This document shows, one piece after another, positions 39,401 to 49,202 of a stretch of 64,000 nucleotides of DNA (the stretch's first letter is position 1; each line of letters opens with the position of its first letter). The notes beneath the pieces are model-generated. The model did not search any database and was not told the origin of the DNA. It saw only the letters and a program-made list of their open reading frames with translations. This stretch comes from Candidatus Latescibacterota bacterium (GTDB lineage: Bacteria; Latescibacterota; UBA2968; GCA-2709665): NCBI GenBank assembly GCA_965219995.1, contig CBDCOX010000002.1, positions 160,001 to 224,000 on the forward strand, read 5' to 3'. Made by a program: the position numbers and the translations under genes.

Positions 39401-40026
39401 CGGCAGCGAAAGCAACCAATATTGTCTGGCATGAAGGACACGTGAGCCGTGCCGAGCGGGAGCGGCTGTTGACGCAGGCGGGGTGTCTGGTGTGGTTGAC
39501 GGGTCTGCCTTCCTCCGGGAAGAGCACCATTGCGTTCACCGCGGAGCACGCGCTGGTTGCGCGGGGTCACATGGCCTATGTACTGGATGGAGACAATATC
39601 CGCCACGGACTGAACAGAAACCTGGGGTTTTCGGCTGAAGACAGGGCTGAGAATATACGCCGGATCGGGGAGGTGGGAAAGCTGTTCGTGGATGCCGGAA
39701 TCCTTGCGATCAGCAGCTTCGTGAGCCCGTACAGGGCCGACAGGGACGGCGTCCGGGGAATGCTGGACCCGGGCGACTTTCTGGAGATCTATGTGGACAC
39801 GCCGCTTTCCGTGTGCGAGGAGAGGGACCCGAAGGGACTGTACAAGAAGGCGCGCGCGGGAGAGATACGTGACTTTACCGGGGTCTCGGATCCCTACGAG
39901 CCGCCGGAGGACCCGGAGCTCGTGATCAAGGCAGCCGAATGTTCGCCCGAGGAGGCCGCACGGCAGATCCTCGATCTGCTGGAGTCACGGGGAAAGATTC
40001 CGATGCTGGAAGGCGTTGAACCGTGA
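39397..40026 (+). CDS. cysC: Adenylyl-sulfate kinase
   Basis: WLTGLPSSGKST, LDGDNIRHGLN, RDPKGLYKKARAG, FTGVSDPYE; AGGAGG SD with TTG start. Confidence 0.95.
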   Translation: MTAAKATNIVWHEGHVSRAERERLLTQAGCLVWLTGLPSSGKSTIAFTAEHALVARGHMAYVLDGDNIRHGLNRNLGFSAEDRAENIRRIGEVGKLFVDAGILAISSFVSPYRADRDGVRGMLDPGDFLEIYVDTPLSVCEERDPKGLYKKARAGEIRDFTGVSDPYEPPEDPELVIKAAECSPEEAARQILDLLESRGKIPMLEGVEP

Positions 40027-41399
40027 TGCCGCTGGACGGGCGGCGGGTGCTCGTGATGGGTCTTGGCCTGTTCGGCGGAGGCGCGGGCGCGGTGCGGTTT
40101 CTGTGCAGGGAAGGAGCGCGCGTTACCGTTACCGACCTGCGGCCGGCGGACGCGCTTCGGGAGTCGTTGCGGACGCTCGAGTCGTTGCCCGTCGCCTACA
40201 GGCTGGGCGGACACGAGGCGTCGGATTTCCGGGCGGCGGACCTTGTCGTGGCCAATCCCGCGGTGCCCCGGTCTTCTCCGTTCCTGAAGGATGCCGAAAA
40301 ACGGGGTATCCCGGTAACGACGGAAATCTGCCTGTTTGCAGAGCGCTGCAGGGCCCCGGTCGTGGGGATTACCGGCACCAGCGGGAAGACGACGACCGCG
40401 TCTCTGTTGGCCGAGATGATGCGGCGCAATTCACCCCGGACGCTGGTGGGCGGAAACATCGGGGGGTCTTTGCTTGAGCGTCTCGAGGAGATCACGCCGG
40501 AAACGCGCGTGGTCCTCGAGTTGTCGAGCTTTCAGCTCGAGCGGCTGACCGGGTTGAAATGGCGCCCGGAGACCGCCGTCGTTACGAATTTCGCCCCCAA
40601 TCACCTGGACATGCACGGCTCACTGGAGGCATATAAGCGGGCGAAACAACAGATCATCGCCCATCAGGGCGAAGGCGACTTCGAGGTTCTGAACGGCGAC
40701 GACCCTGAAGTCCGGCAGTGGCGAGCGCGCGGACGCCGCGTCGTATTCGGCACGCAACGGACGTCGGATTGCGACGTGTATCTGAAAGACGGAGAGATAA
40801 GACACCGGATCGGCCGATCCGAAAGAGCCGTCTGTCCGGCTGGCTCGGTCGCTCTGCCCGGACGGCATAACCTCGCAAACGCGCTGGCCGCGTGCGGGGC
40901 GGCGCTCTGCAACGACGTGTCCGAAACGGACATCGCGGGAGTGCTTCGCGCGTTCAAGGGCGTGCCGCACCGGTTGGAGCGGGTGGCCGAGATCGCAGGC
41001 GTTACGTATTACAACGATTCGATCGCCACCAGCCCGGATCGGACGCTCGTGGCGCTTGAAGCCGTGCCGCCCGGGGTGGTGCTGATCGCAGGGGGCTACG
41101 ACAAGGGTCTGTCATACGGCGCGCTTGGTCGACATATCGGGAGCAGGGTGTCGCATCTGATCCTGACGGGCGACACGGCGGACGCGATTGCGGCTTCGGT
41201 CCCGTCCGGATCTCCCACACGTATTTCACGCGTGGATTCGCTGGACGATGCCGTGTCCGCCGCAACGCGGCGGGCAGAAATCGGCGGTACCGTATTGTTT
41301 TCTCCGGCATCGGCCAGTTACGATCGCTTTCGCAATTACGTGGAGCGCGGAAACCGGTTCAAGACACTCGTTCTGGATACGGGGGGTTGTGATGGCTGA
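40023..41399 (+). CDS. murD: UDP-N-acetylmuramoyl-L-alanine--D-glutamate ligase
   Basis: GITGTSGKTTT, GGNIG, LELSSFQL, PNHLD, PHRLE, NDSIAT, SPASASYD. Confidence 0.9.
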   Translation: MMPLDGRRVLVMGLGLFGGGAGAVRFLCREGARVTVTDLRPADALRESLRTLESLPVAYRLGGHEASDFRAADLVVANPAVPRSSPFLKDAEKRGIPVTTEICLFAERCRAPVVGITGTSGKTTTASLLAEMMRRNSPRTLVGGNIGGSLLERLEEITPETRVVLELSSFQLERLTGLKWRPETAVVTNFAPNHLDMHGSLEAYKRAKQQIIAHQGEGDFEVLNGDDPEVRQWRARGRRVVFGTQRTSDCDVYLKDGEIRHRIGRSERAVCPAGSVALPGRHNLANALAACGAALCNDVSETDIAGVLRAFKGVPHRLERVAEIAGVTYYNDSIATSPDRTLVALEAVPPGVVLIAGGYDKGLSYGALGRHIGSRVSHLILTGDTADAIAASVPSGSPTRISRVDSLDDAVSAATRRAEIGGTVLFSPASASYDRFRNYVERGNRFKTLVLDTGGCDG

Positions 41400-42234
41400 A
41401 TCCATCGACTTGCGGGCGATCGCTCCGACCGTTGCCCGCGTTCTCAACGTGCCCGCGCCCCGTGGCGCCGAGGCGGCGCCGATCGCCGCCGTCATCGAGA
41501 CCCTGGATGCGACCGACCGGCTGGCGCTGGTGGTGGTGGACGGTTTCGGCTCGTCGCTGTGGGCATACGTTCGCGATGCCGTGCCGGTATTCAACCGGAT
41601 CGCTGCGCTGCGGCACCTCGAAATCCAATCCGTGCTGCCGTCCATGACGTATATCTGCATCTCGACGATGCTGACCGGCATTTCTCCGGCCTCCCACGGC
41701 GTGACGGATTTACAGACGATGATCCGCGCGACGCGGTCCCCTGATATGGATTCGGTTTTCAGTCGTGTCAGGGCCGCGGGCGGACAGACGTTGATGGCCG
41801 TGCACAAACGGGACGTGGCGGGTCTGGATATCGAACGGTTTGCCGACAGGACCGTCCTGGCCGAGGAACGAAACGATCTGGAAATCTACAGCCGGGTGCC
41901 CGGTTTGATCGTCGAAGACTCGCCAGGATTCGCGTTTGTGCATCTGCTCGATATAGACGAAGCCGGTCACAGGTACGGTCCCTATACGGAGGAAGTCCGC
42001 GAGGCCGCCGTGAACACGGACCGGCGCATGAAAGGCCTTCTGGCCTCTCTCGCGACCTCCGGATATGCCGTCGTAATCGTTGCGGATCACGGGATGCACG
42101 AGTCACCGCGCGGCGTTGCGGACGAAGACGGGAACCTCGGTACGCACGACGGTTCGGTTCAGGAGGACCTGCTCGTTCCGCTGCTGTGGGCGACGGCGGA
42201 GGAAGTGGGCGAAATCGCCGGCGAAGACGAATAA
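41392..42234 (+). CDS. Alkaline phosphatase superfamily / type I phosphodiesterase
   Basis: VVDG, PSMT, HG, DIDEAGH, ADHG, GTHDG. Confidence 0.82.
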   Translation: MAESIDLRAIAPTVARVLNVPAPRGAEAAPIAAVIETLDATDRLALVVVDGFGSSLWAYVRDAVPVFNRIAALRHLEIQSVLPSMTYICISTMLTGISPASHGVTDLQTMIRATRSPDMDSVFSRVRAAGGQTLMAVHKRDVAGLDIERFADRTVLAEERNDLEIYSRVPGLIVEDSPGFAFVHLLDIDEAGHRYGPYTEEVREAAVNTDRRMKGLLASLATSGYAVVIVADHGMHESPRGVADEDGNLGTHDGSVQEDLLVPLLWATAEEVGEIAGEDE

Positions 42235-42265
42235 AAAAAGCCGAGGCCGGACGTCCGGCCTCGGC
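42233..42265 (-). terminator. Intrinsic terminator of rpoD
   Basis: Perfect palindrome GCCGAGGCCGGACGTCCGGCCTCGGC followed by T7 on the minus strand. Confidence 0.8.
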
Positions 42266-42288
42266 CTGGAATGTTGTCATGTTCCGGT

Positions 42289-43152
42289 TCAGGCGCCGTC
42301 GGAATAGGGCATGAGTTTTCGCCCCCGGGTCGGGTGGCGAAGCTTCCTGAGTGCCTTTTCCTTGATCTGCCGGACGCGTTCGCGCGTGAGTCTGAACCGG
42401 ATGCCGATTTCTTCAAGGGTCATTTCGGTATCGCCGCCCAGGCCGAAATAGAGTCGAATGACTTCCCGTTCCCTTTCTTCCAGTGTATCCAGTGCCGCGA
42501 ATATTTCATCTTCAAGTGAATTCCGCATGAGCAAATGGTCTGGAGATTCCTGGTTTTCGTCCGTCATGATTTCCAGAAGGCTGTTCTCCTCGTCTTCGCC
42601 GAAGGTCATGTCGAGTGAGAGGATGCGCTGCCCGCTGGCAAGGGTATCGACCACCTGTTCGACCGTGATGCCCAGCTCCTTCGCGATTTCTTCTTCCGGG
42701 GGGCGCCCGGACGTCTCCTGTTGCCTGTTGTTCACGTAGCGGGAAATGCGGCGCAAGAGGTCCACCCGGTTCAGCGGAAGGCGCACGACCCTGGAATGTT
42801 CCGCCAGGGTTTGCAGGATGGACTGGCGAATCCACCAGACCGCGTAGGAGATGAACTTGAACCCCCTGGTTTCGTCGAACCGCTCCGCCGCGGTGATGAG
42901 CCCGAGGTTGCCGGCGCTGATCAGATCCGCCAGCGGCACGCCCTGGTTCTGATACTCGCGCGCCACGGTTATGACGAATCGAAGATTGGCCTCGACGAGT
43001 TTCCTGCGGGCATCGAGGTCTCCCTTCCTGATGCGGCGCGCAAGGTTGACTTCCTCCTGGGCCGACAGCGGTTCGGACGTGGCAACGTCTTCCAGGTAGC
43101 GGTGCAATGAGTCTTTCACGTCATCGCGGTAGATTCCGCTCTTTCTGGCCAC
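42289..43152 (-). CDS. rpoD: RNA polymerase sigma-70 factor RpoD/SigA family (short form lacking region 1.1)
   Basis: ANLRFV, DLISAGNLGL, KFISYAVWWIRQSI, TLEEIG..LTRERVRQIKEKAL; GTG start with GAGGTG SD. Confidence 0.9.
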   Translation of the reverse strand: MARKSGIYRDDVKDSLHRYLEDVATSEPLSAQEEVNLARRIRKGDLDARRKLVEANLRFVITVAREYQNQGVPLADLISAGNLGLITAAERFDETRGFKFISYAVWWIRQSILQTLAEHSRVVRLPLNRVDLLRRISRYVNNRQQETSGRPPEEEIAKELGITVEQVVDTLASGQRILSLDMTFGEDEENSLLEIMTDENQESPDHLLMRNSLEDEIFAALDTLEEREREVIRLYFGLGGDTEMTLEEIGIRFRLTRERVRQIKEKALRKLRHPTRGRKLMPYSDGA

Positions 43153-43235
43153 GAAGGTCACCTCGAATGGAACTGCGGATGTCGGATGGGAGCGGGCAAC
43201 CGGCGGGAGGGCGCCAAGGATAGAAATCAAATGTG

Positions 43236-43267
43236 AATATTCGGCGTACTTTCCTGGATGTCAAGCG
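43236..43267 (-). promoter_or_regulatory. rpoD promoter (TTGACA-17-AATATT)
   Basis: Minus strand CGCTTGACATCCAG-N8-GCCGAATATT. Confidence 0.6.
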
Positions 43268-43536
43268 AAATCTCCGGCGAAGACCGCGGGTGTCCGTGAC
43301 CGGAATTCCCGGTAACTTCCGCCGGCGCGGACAACGGAATTACCGGTCGTTCCGTTGCGACTTCATCCGGTCGTGCGCTCGACGTCGGCCGCAAGGCCGG
43401 ATCTCCGACCGGCCCCGACTTGACCGTGTCGCGGAATTGACATAAATTACGCATCATTCATTCCTGTGGGCGTTCCTTACACGTCCGATCCGGCGCCGCG
43501 ACGGCGTGCCGGACGAGGGCGAATGGAGGTATCTCC

Positions 43537-44586
43537 GTGGATGTGCGGATTGACCGTGTACGTCTCCTGAAATTGCTGGAAAAACTCCTGACCGCGCATG
43601 CCCCGCCGGGGGCCGAAGGGGAAGTCGACGCCATTGTATTGGACGAGGCGCAACCGTTCGCGGCGTCGGTCTGGCAGGATGCCGCGGAGAGCATCGTGAT
43701 CCATTTCGAGGGCCGCGGGGACGGCGCGCCGGTTGCCGTCACGGCGCACAAAGACGAGATCGCGCTGATGGTCAAGCGTGTCCAGGACGACGGTCGACTG
43801 CGCGTCCGGCCACTGGGCGGTCTCCATCCCTGGGCCGTGGGCGAGGGGCCGGTAGACGTACTGACGGAAGGTGAACCGGTAACGGGCATTCTGTCCGTCG
43901 GGTCGAAACATGTTTCCGACGAGAGTCCGGCGGGCCCTCTGAAATCCGGCAACCCGATAAAATGGGAGACGTTCTGGATCGAGACCAAGCGCTCCGCCGG
44001 CGAACTGAGTGAACTCGGCGTGCATCGCGGCAGCAAGGCCGTCGTGGCAAGGTCCCGAAAAACACCCGTGTACATGGGTGATTTCATCTGCGGTTACAAT
44101 CTGGACTGCAGGGCCGGACTGGCCGTGTTGCTTGAGGCGGCCAGGCATCTGGCGGAAACACCCCCGCCGCGCGACGTTTATCTCATCGCCAGTTCGGAGG
44201 AGGAGATCGGCGCGCAGGGCGCCGCGTTTTCAATCGGACAACTGCCCGCCCAGACCGCGATCGCGCTGGATATCGCCCCGGTGGCCGAGGAGTACCAGAT
44301 CGAGAACTGCGGCAATCCGGTTCTGCTCTGGGGCGACGCGTCGGGCGTTTACCATGAACGTACGTTGCGCCATCTGAACCGGCTGGCAGACCGGATGGGG
44401 TTCCAGACCCAGCCGGCCGTGGTGACTTCCTACGGGAGCGACGCCAGCATTTCAAAGCGCGTCGGGTCGGCCGGCAGGTCGGCCTGTATCGCGTATCCGG
44501 GAGAGAATACACACGGGTACGAGATCTGTTCGGTGGAAGGGATACTGAATACGGCGCGGCTGCTGATGGCGTATCTCGGCGCCTGA
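43537..44586 (+). CDS. M42 family aminopeptidase
   Basis: AHKDEI, NLDCR, EEEIG, LDIA, NTHGYE; GGAGG SD. Confidence 0.88.
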   Translation: MDVRIDRVRLLKLLEKLLTAHAPPGAEGEVDAIVLDEAQPFAASVWQDAAESIVIHFEGRGDGAPVAVTAHKDEIALMVKRVQDDGRLRVRPLGGLHPWAVGEGPVDVLTEGEPVTGILSVGSKHVSDESPAGPLKSGNPIKWETFWIETKRSAGELSELGVHRGSKAVVARSRKTPVYMGDFICGYNLDCRAGLAVLLEAARHLAETPPPRDVYLIASSEEEIGAQGAAFSIGQLPAQTAIALDIAPVAEEYQIENCGNPVLLWGDASGVYHERTLRHLNRLADRMGFQTQPAVVTSYGSDASISKRVGSAGRSACIAYPGENTHGYEICSVEGILNTARLLMAYLGA

Positions 44587-44596
44587 CGATCCAATT

Positions 44597-45346
44597 ATGC
44601 TATTCGAGAACAAAAAAGGACAATTTCGATTCCTGAAAGGAATTGATCCCTATTCCTGCGGCGTTATTGCGGCGCCCGGATACGAGGTCGTTCACGCGAC
44701 GTTTATGGACCCGCCTCCGTGGCGAGAGGGGTTCCGGAAGGCGGACGGGCATCTTCGTGAATCGGGCCGGGGCCGGCACGCGCTTTGCGGGGTAGAACTG
44801 CGCTGTCCGGAACCGCGTCCGATGGACGGGTTCATCAGGTTCAACGTGGACTATTGCGACCTTCTGGCGTCCTGGGACCTGCACGTGGACGGGATGAATC
44901 CGGTTGCGCGAACGAATGTTGCTCCGGTTCACGGTCCGCCGGGTGAGACGGTGATGCACGCATTCTCGTACACCGTGCCCTGTCGTGAACAGGAAAACGG
45001 GACATTCGTCATCGCGGGTGCGGGTGAATTGCGTGAGGGCGTGCTCACCGACGACGCCATCGTGAGGCGTGGCGAGACAGGCTCCGGCGCATTGCGGGAA
45101 AAAGCGGCGTACGTGGTGCGGGTGATGGCGGATCGGCTGGCGGGCCTGGGCGCGGACTGGGACCGGGTCACGACGGTGGACGTCTACACGGATCACCCGC
45201 TTGAGGGCATTCTGGACGAGGTCGTGCTTCCCGGCGTCGGAGGGGCGCAACGTCAGGGATTCCGGCTGTACCGGGCGCGGCCGCCGGTGATCGAGATCGA
45301 ATTCGAGATGGATGTCCGGGGCATCAGGCGGGAAATCCGCATCTGA
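44597..45346 (+). CDS. CnbZ-like (2-amino-5-chloromuconate deaminase)/RidA-like protein
   Basis: PYSCGV, LCGVELRCP, NPVARTNVAP, FVIAGAGE, RPPV..IEFEMD. Confidence 0.7.
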   Translation: MLFENKKGQFRFLKGIDPYSCGVIAAPGYEVVHATFMDPPPWREGFRKADGHLRESGRGRHALCGVELRCPEPRPMDGFIRFNVDYCDLLASWDLHVDGMNPVARTNVAPVHGPPGETVMHAFSYTVPCREQENGTFVIAGAGELREGVLTDDAIVRRGETGSGALREKAAYVVRVMADRLAGLGADWDRVTTVDVYTDHPLEGILDEVVLPGVGGAQRQGFRLYRARPPVIEIEFEMDVRGIRREIRI

Positions 45347-45408
45347 GGTCATCCGCCGCCTGCAAAGGCGCCCAGCGGTTGCCACACCCGCGGCGCGGCG
45401 GCATCCGG

Positions 45409-45450
45409 AAACCGGGACGAACGAACCGTTCGTCCCGGTTTTATTTTTAT
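45409..45450. terminator. Intrinsic terminator between convergent genes
   Basis: AAACCGGGACGAACG-AAC-CGTTCGTCCCGGTTTTATTTTT. Confidence 0.8.
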
Positions 45451-45451
45451 T

Positions 45452-46420
45452 CTACGGGATCAGGAGTACTTTTCCCGTTGTCTGTCTGCCTTCAAGGAGT
45501 CGATGGGCTTCCGAGGCGTCCGACAGCGGAAGCGTGCGGTCGATGCGGAGACGGAGTTTGCCGGTCTGTATCCAGCCAAGCACGTCGTTGGCGCGACGTT
45601 GCAGCTCCTCCCGGGTCGCAGTGTAGTCGACAAGGGTGGGGCGCGTCAGGAAGATTGAGCCGAGACGGCTGAGCAGCAGCGGGTCGACCGGCGGCACCGG
45701 GCCGCTGGCATTGCCGAACAGCACGAGGTAGCCCCTGGGGCGCAGGCAATTCATGCTCTTTTCCCACGTGGTCTTCCCCACTGAGTCGTATGCGACGTGA
45801 ACGCCCTGGCCGTCCGTGAGACGTTTGACTTCGGCTTCGAAATCCTGTTCGGTATATCGTATGACTTCATCCGCTCCGGCGCCCAGGGCCAGTTGCGCTT
45901 TCTCCTCCGTCGACACCGTCCCGATGACGCGCGCGCCCCGCATTTTCGCCATCTGAACCAGAATGAGTCCTACGCCTCCCGCGGCCGCGTGAATGAGTAC
46001 GGTGTCGTCTTCCAGGACGTTGCACGTACTGTGAACGAGGTAATGGGACGTCATCCCCTGGAGCATGGCGGCCGCGCCTGCGGCGGCGTCCACGCCATCG
46101 GGGAGTCTGACGAGTCTCTCCTGAGGCGCTGAGACGGTTTCGGCGTAGGAGGCGGGAACTCCCGCGTACGCCACGGCGTCCCCGGGTTGGAATTCGGTGG
46201 CGTCCGGGCCAAGAGCCGCCACCGTACCCGCGGCTTCGAGTCCCGGGATGAAGGGCAGGTCCAGCGGATAGAGGCCCGTGCGATGGTAGGCGTCAATATA
46301 GTTCAGACCGATGGCATCGATTCTCACCAATACCTCGCCAGGGCCGGGTTCGGGATTCGGTACGTCTTTGAACAGGAGGACCTCGGGTCCGCCGGTGCGG
46401 GAAACCTGGATCGCCTTCAT
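45452..46420 (-). CDS. qor: NADPH:quinone oxidoreductase (zeta-crystallin/Qor family)
   Basis: GLNYID, HAAAGGVG, YDSVGK, FGNASG, TTGKVLL; AAGGAG SD. Confidence 0.9.
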   Translation of the reverse strand: MKAIQVSRTGGPEVLLFKDVPNPEPGPGEVLVRIDAIGLNYIDAYHRTGLYPLDLPFIPGLEAAGTVAALGPDATEFQPGDAVAYAGVPASYAETVSAPQERLVRLPDGVDAAAGAAAMLQGMTSHYLVHSTCNVLEDDTVLIHAAAGGVGLILVQMAKMRGARVIGTVSTEEKAQLALGAGADEVIRYTEQDFEAEVKRLTDGQGVHVAYDSVGKTTWEKSMNCLRPRGYLVLFGNASGPVPPVDPLLLSRLGSIFLTRPTLVDYTATREELQRRANDVLGWIQTGKLRLRIDRTLPLSDASEAHRLLEGRQTTGKVLLIP

Positions 46421-46439
46421 GGAAATCTCCTTGCCGGGT

Positions 46440-48653
46440 TCAGTACCGTGCGTTAATGCCGAGTGAAATGCGTCTGGGCGACCCCAGATTGCGTTCCACA
46501 ACGGCGTAGTTGTACGCCAGCGCATTATGTGCCTTGAGAACGATCTGGACGTTGCCGATGGCGTACGCGGTTGAGAGGTCGAGCAGGTAGACCGGAATCA
46601 GATCGCGGTTCCCTTCCGGCAGGAGTCCGGATGCACGCAGGATCCGGCTCCTGAACCTGAATCGGCATTCCAGCGTCAGGCGGCCCGACGTGGTTCGCGC
46701 GCCGGCCGAGGCAATGTGCCTTGGGCGATACGGCAGCGGCAGGTCGCCGCCGGGCAGATTCTCGATCGCGCTTATAAAGGTGTAGTTACCTTCCAGACGA
46801 ACCGGCCCCATCGCTGCGGCCAGACTCGTCTCGATACCGGCCGTCCTGCCCATGGCGACGTTCCTGAAACTGACGCGCCCTGTCGCGTCCGGACGGGCTT
46901 CGACAAGGTCCTCATAGCGGCTCCAGAACGCCGCGGCGTTGACGTGGGACCACGACGTGGGCCGGTGGTCCAGGGCGACTTCGGTGGAGATGCTTCGTTC
47001 CGCCACGAGGCCGGTATTGGGCACGATGGGAATCGCGGAGAAGGTGGCGTTGGTGTAGATCTCGGCGATCGAAGGGCCTCTGAAGCCCCATCCCAGGGTC
47101 GCGCGCAACGTGGTGCGCCTGGAGGGTCGATACGAGAAGCCCAGCTTGGGGCTGATGCGGTTCTCGGCGCCGCGGTCGTCGGTGCGGTACCGATCGTAGC
47201 GGCTGCCGCCTGACAGCGTCATCCGATCCGTGGCTTCGATTTCGGCCTGCGCATAGGCGGCAAGGTTGAGCCCGGTGTGATTGCCGAAGAGGTGATCCGA
47301 TGAATGCACGATGTCGTGAATCCACTGAGTTCCAACGGTAAGTGCCACCTTCCCGGAAGGCTGGAGGTCCAACTGGAGTTCCTGCCCGACCTTGTAGGCT
47401 TCCGACGAGGTCCGACCGCCGATTTCGTTGTCGAATTGCGTGCGGTACACAAACGATTTGAGTCTATAGCCCGTCTGCGGGCCGAGCAGGTGATAGAAAT
47501 CGACGTTCAGGTTCAGCTTCTGGGATACGGTCTTGTCGTTCTTGGCGCTGTCGGGCACTTCCAGGGGCTCGTTTCGGTCCTTCCACAGGACGAAGGTACC
47601 GTGATCGTCCAGGGCCCAGTTTGAGGTCGCGGTGATCGATGCCGCGGCCTTGAATCGATGTCTGAGCTTGCCGAAGAGTTTGTATCTCCGGTGCCAGGCG
47701 TTTTCTCGGAATCCGTTGGTCCATTTTTGTCCGGCCCCCAGAATGAACCCGGTATTGCCGGACTGCCGGGAATGGCTGATGTCCGTTCCCTCGAAATACC
47801 GCCCGCTGGACGACCATTGCCACTCCTGATGGCCGGGTTCGCTGTATCGACCGCCCAGAAACCGGATGTGCGTCTCCGGCTCGGTCGACGGATCCCGGGT
47901 AATGACATTGATGATGCCGCCGAGCGCGCCGGTGCCGTAAAGCGCGGATCCGGCGCCCTTGATGACTTCCACGCGTGCAATCTGGTCGATGGGGATGGCG
48001 TCCCACTTGACCTCGCCGTTGTCCGCGGACAGCGCCGGAAAGCCGTCGATCAGCATCAGCACGCGGCTTCCCGTTCCCCTGGAATAACCGCTTGACCCCC
48101 TGATGTTGACCTGACCTCCCACCATATTCACGCCGGGCACATATTCCAGCGACTCGTTCAGGGTGACGGAATTGTCGGACTGGATTTCCTCAGAGCCGAT
48201 CAGCGAGACGCTTGTTGGCGCGTCGACGACATTTCGCGCACGTTTGCTGGCGGAAACCACAATTGCGGGCATGTGGATCGGCGCGGACGAGAGTCCTACG
48301 GACAGCCGGAGGGTATCGTTCGCGGCAACCCTAACGTCTTTCGACATATGAGGCGCGAAACCCAGCAGGGAGACGGAGACGGTATAGACGCCCGGCGGCA
48401 ATCCGGTCAGGCCGAATTCTCCGTCGACGTCGGATTCGGTTCCGATGCCGGTACCCAGCAATACGACGCTGGCGCCGGGCAGCGGTTCACCTGTCGCCTC
48501 GTCGGTTATTCGTCCCGACATCGCGCCGGAGGTCTCCGCCTGCAGCGTTGAGCCCCGACAGAGAGGGCAGAGGAGGCAGAAAACCAGTGCAAATATGCCG
48601 ATCCGGCCGGTCGGCGCCCTGCACGAGGTCGAAGTAGGACTGAATGTCGACAT
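46440..48653 (-). CDS. TonB-dependent receptor with an N-terminal carboxypeptidase-regulatory-like domain
   Basis: GRITDEATGEPLPGASV, IRG, VEVIKGAGSALYG..ALGGIINVIT, C-terminal aromatic residue; start uncertain. Confidence 0.88.
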   Translation of the reverse strand: MSTFSPTSTSCRAPTGRIGIFALVFCLLCPLCRGSTLQAETSGAMSGRITDEATGEPLPGASVVLLGTGIGTESDVDGEFGLTGLPPGVYTVSVSLLGFAPHMSKDVRVAANDTLRLSVGLSSAPIHMPAIVVSASKRARNVVDAPTSVSLIGSEEIQSDNSVTLNESLEYVPGVNMVGGQVNIRGSSGYSRGTGSRVLMLIDGFPALSADNGEVKWDAIPIDQIARVEVIKGAGSALYGTGALGGIINVITRDPSTEPETHIRFLGGRYSEPGHQEWQWSSSGRYFEGTDISHSRQSGNTGFILGAGQKWTNGFRENAWHRRYKLFGKLRHRFKAAASITATSNWALDDHGTFVLWKDRNEPLEVPDSAKNDKTVSQKLNLNVDFYHLLGPQTGYRLKSFVYRTQFDNEIGGRTSSEAYKVGQELQLDLQPSGKVALTVGTQWIHDIVHSSDHLFGNHTGLNLAAYAQAEIEATDRMTLSGGSRYDRYRTDDRGAENRISPKLGFSYRPSRRTTLRATLGWGFRGPSIAEIYTNATFSAIPIVPNTGLVAERSISTEVALDHRPTSWSHVNAAAFWSRYEDLVEARPDATGRVSFRNVAMGRTAGIETSLAAAMGPVRLEGNYTFISAIENLPGGDLPLPYRPRHIASAGARTTSGRLTLECRFRFRSRILRASGLLPEGNRDLIPVYLLDLSTAYAIGNVQIVLKAHNALAYNYAVVERNLGSPRRISLGINARY

Positions 48654-49053
48654 TCTTCGTGGTTTCACCTGTGTGAACCTGCACCGGTGTGGGCAGGGTA
48701 TCGTTTCCAACGTGGTAACACCCGAGCAACGAGTCGAAGTTCCAGAACCCGCCCCGGGGCCGCCAGGCCACCACAATCCACTCATAGGTGCCCGGCTCTT
48801 CCAGGGGGACGAAATATTCGTACCGGACCGCCCCGATCGTCACGGTGGTGTCCCATCCGGCAATATTGAAGAAATCGGCCAGGGTTTGCGGGCGACGGCG
48901 ATAGACCGCCACGGCGACGTCGTCGGTTTCCGGCGGCCACTCGCCGTTGAATATGAGGGTACCCTTGATGCCGGTACCGTCGGGCGGCCCCGGACCCAGG
49001 CCGCCGCCGCAGGCAATGAGCACGAGAAGGACCGTTGGCAGGAAGCGTTTCAT
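48487..49053 (-). CDS. Hypothetical lipoprotein
   Basis: MKR + hydrophobic stretch + LIAC lipobox; directly upstream of the TonB receptor. Confidence 0.7.
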   Translation of the reverse strand: MKRFLPTVLLVLIACGGGLGPGPPDGTGIKGTLIFNGEWPPETDDVAVAVYRRRPQTLADFFNIAGWDTTVTIGAVRYEYFVPLEEPGTYEWIVVAWRPRGGFWNFDSLLGCYHVGNDTLPTPVQVHTGETTKNVDIQSYFDLVQGADRPDRHICTGFLPPLPSLSGLNAAGGDLRRDVGTNNRRGDR

Positions 49054-49123
49054 GACGGATACGCGGCGCGCAGGCGGGGATCCGAAGGGTCATCCGAAAT
49101 CCGCGTCGCCGCCCCGGTTTTGC

Positions 49124-49152
49124 TTGACACGCCCGGGGGTAAGAAATAAGTT
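49124..49152 (+). promoter_or_regulatory. sigma70 promoter
   Basis: TTGACA-17bp-TAAGTT upstream of the GcvT/YgfZ-like gene. Confidence 0.55.
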
Positions 49153-49202
49153 CCAACAGGTCGAAACGGTGCGTGTTCTGCATTCATTCCGGAGGTCGCT
49201 CA

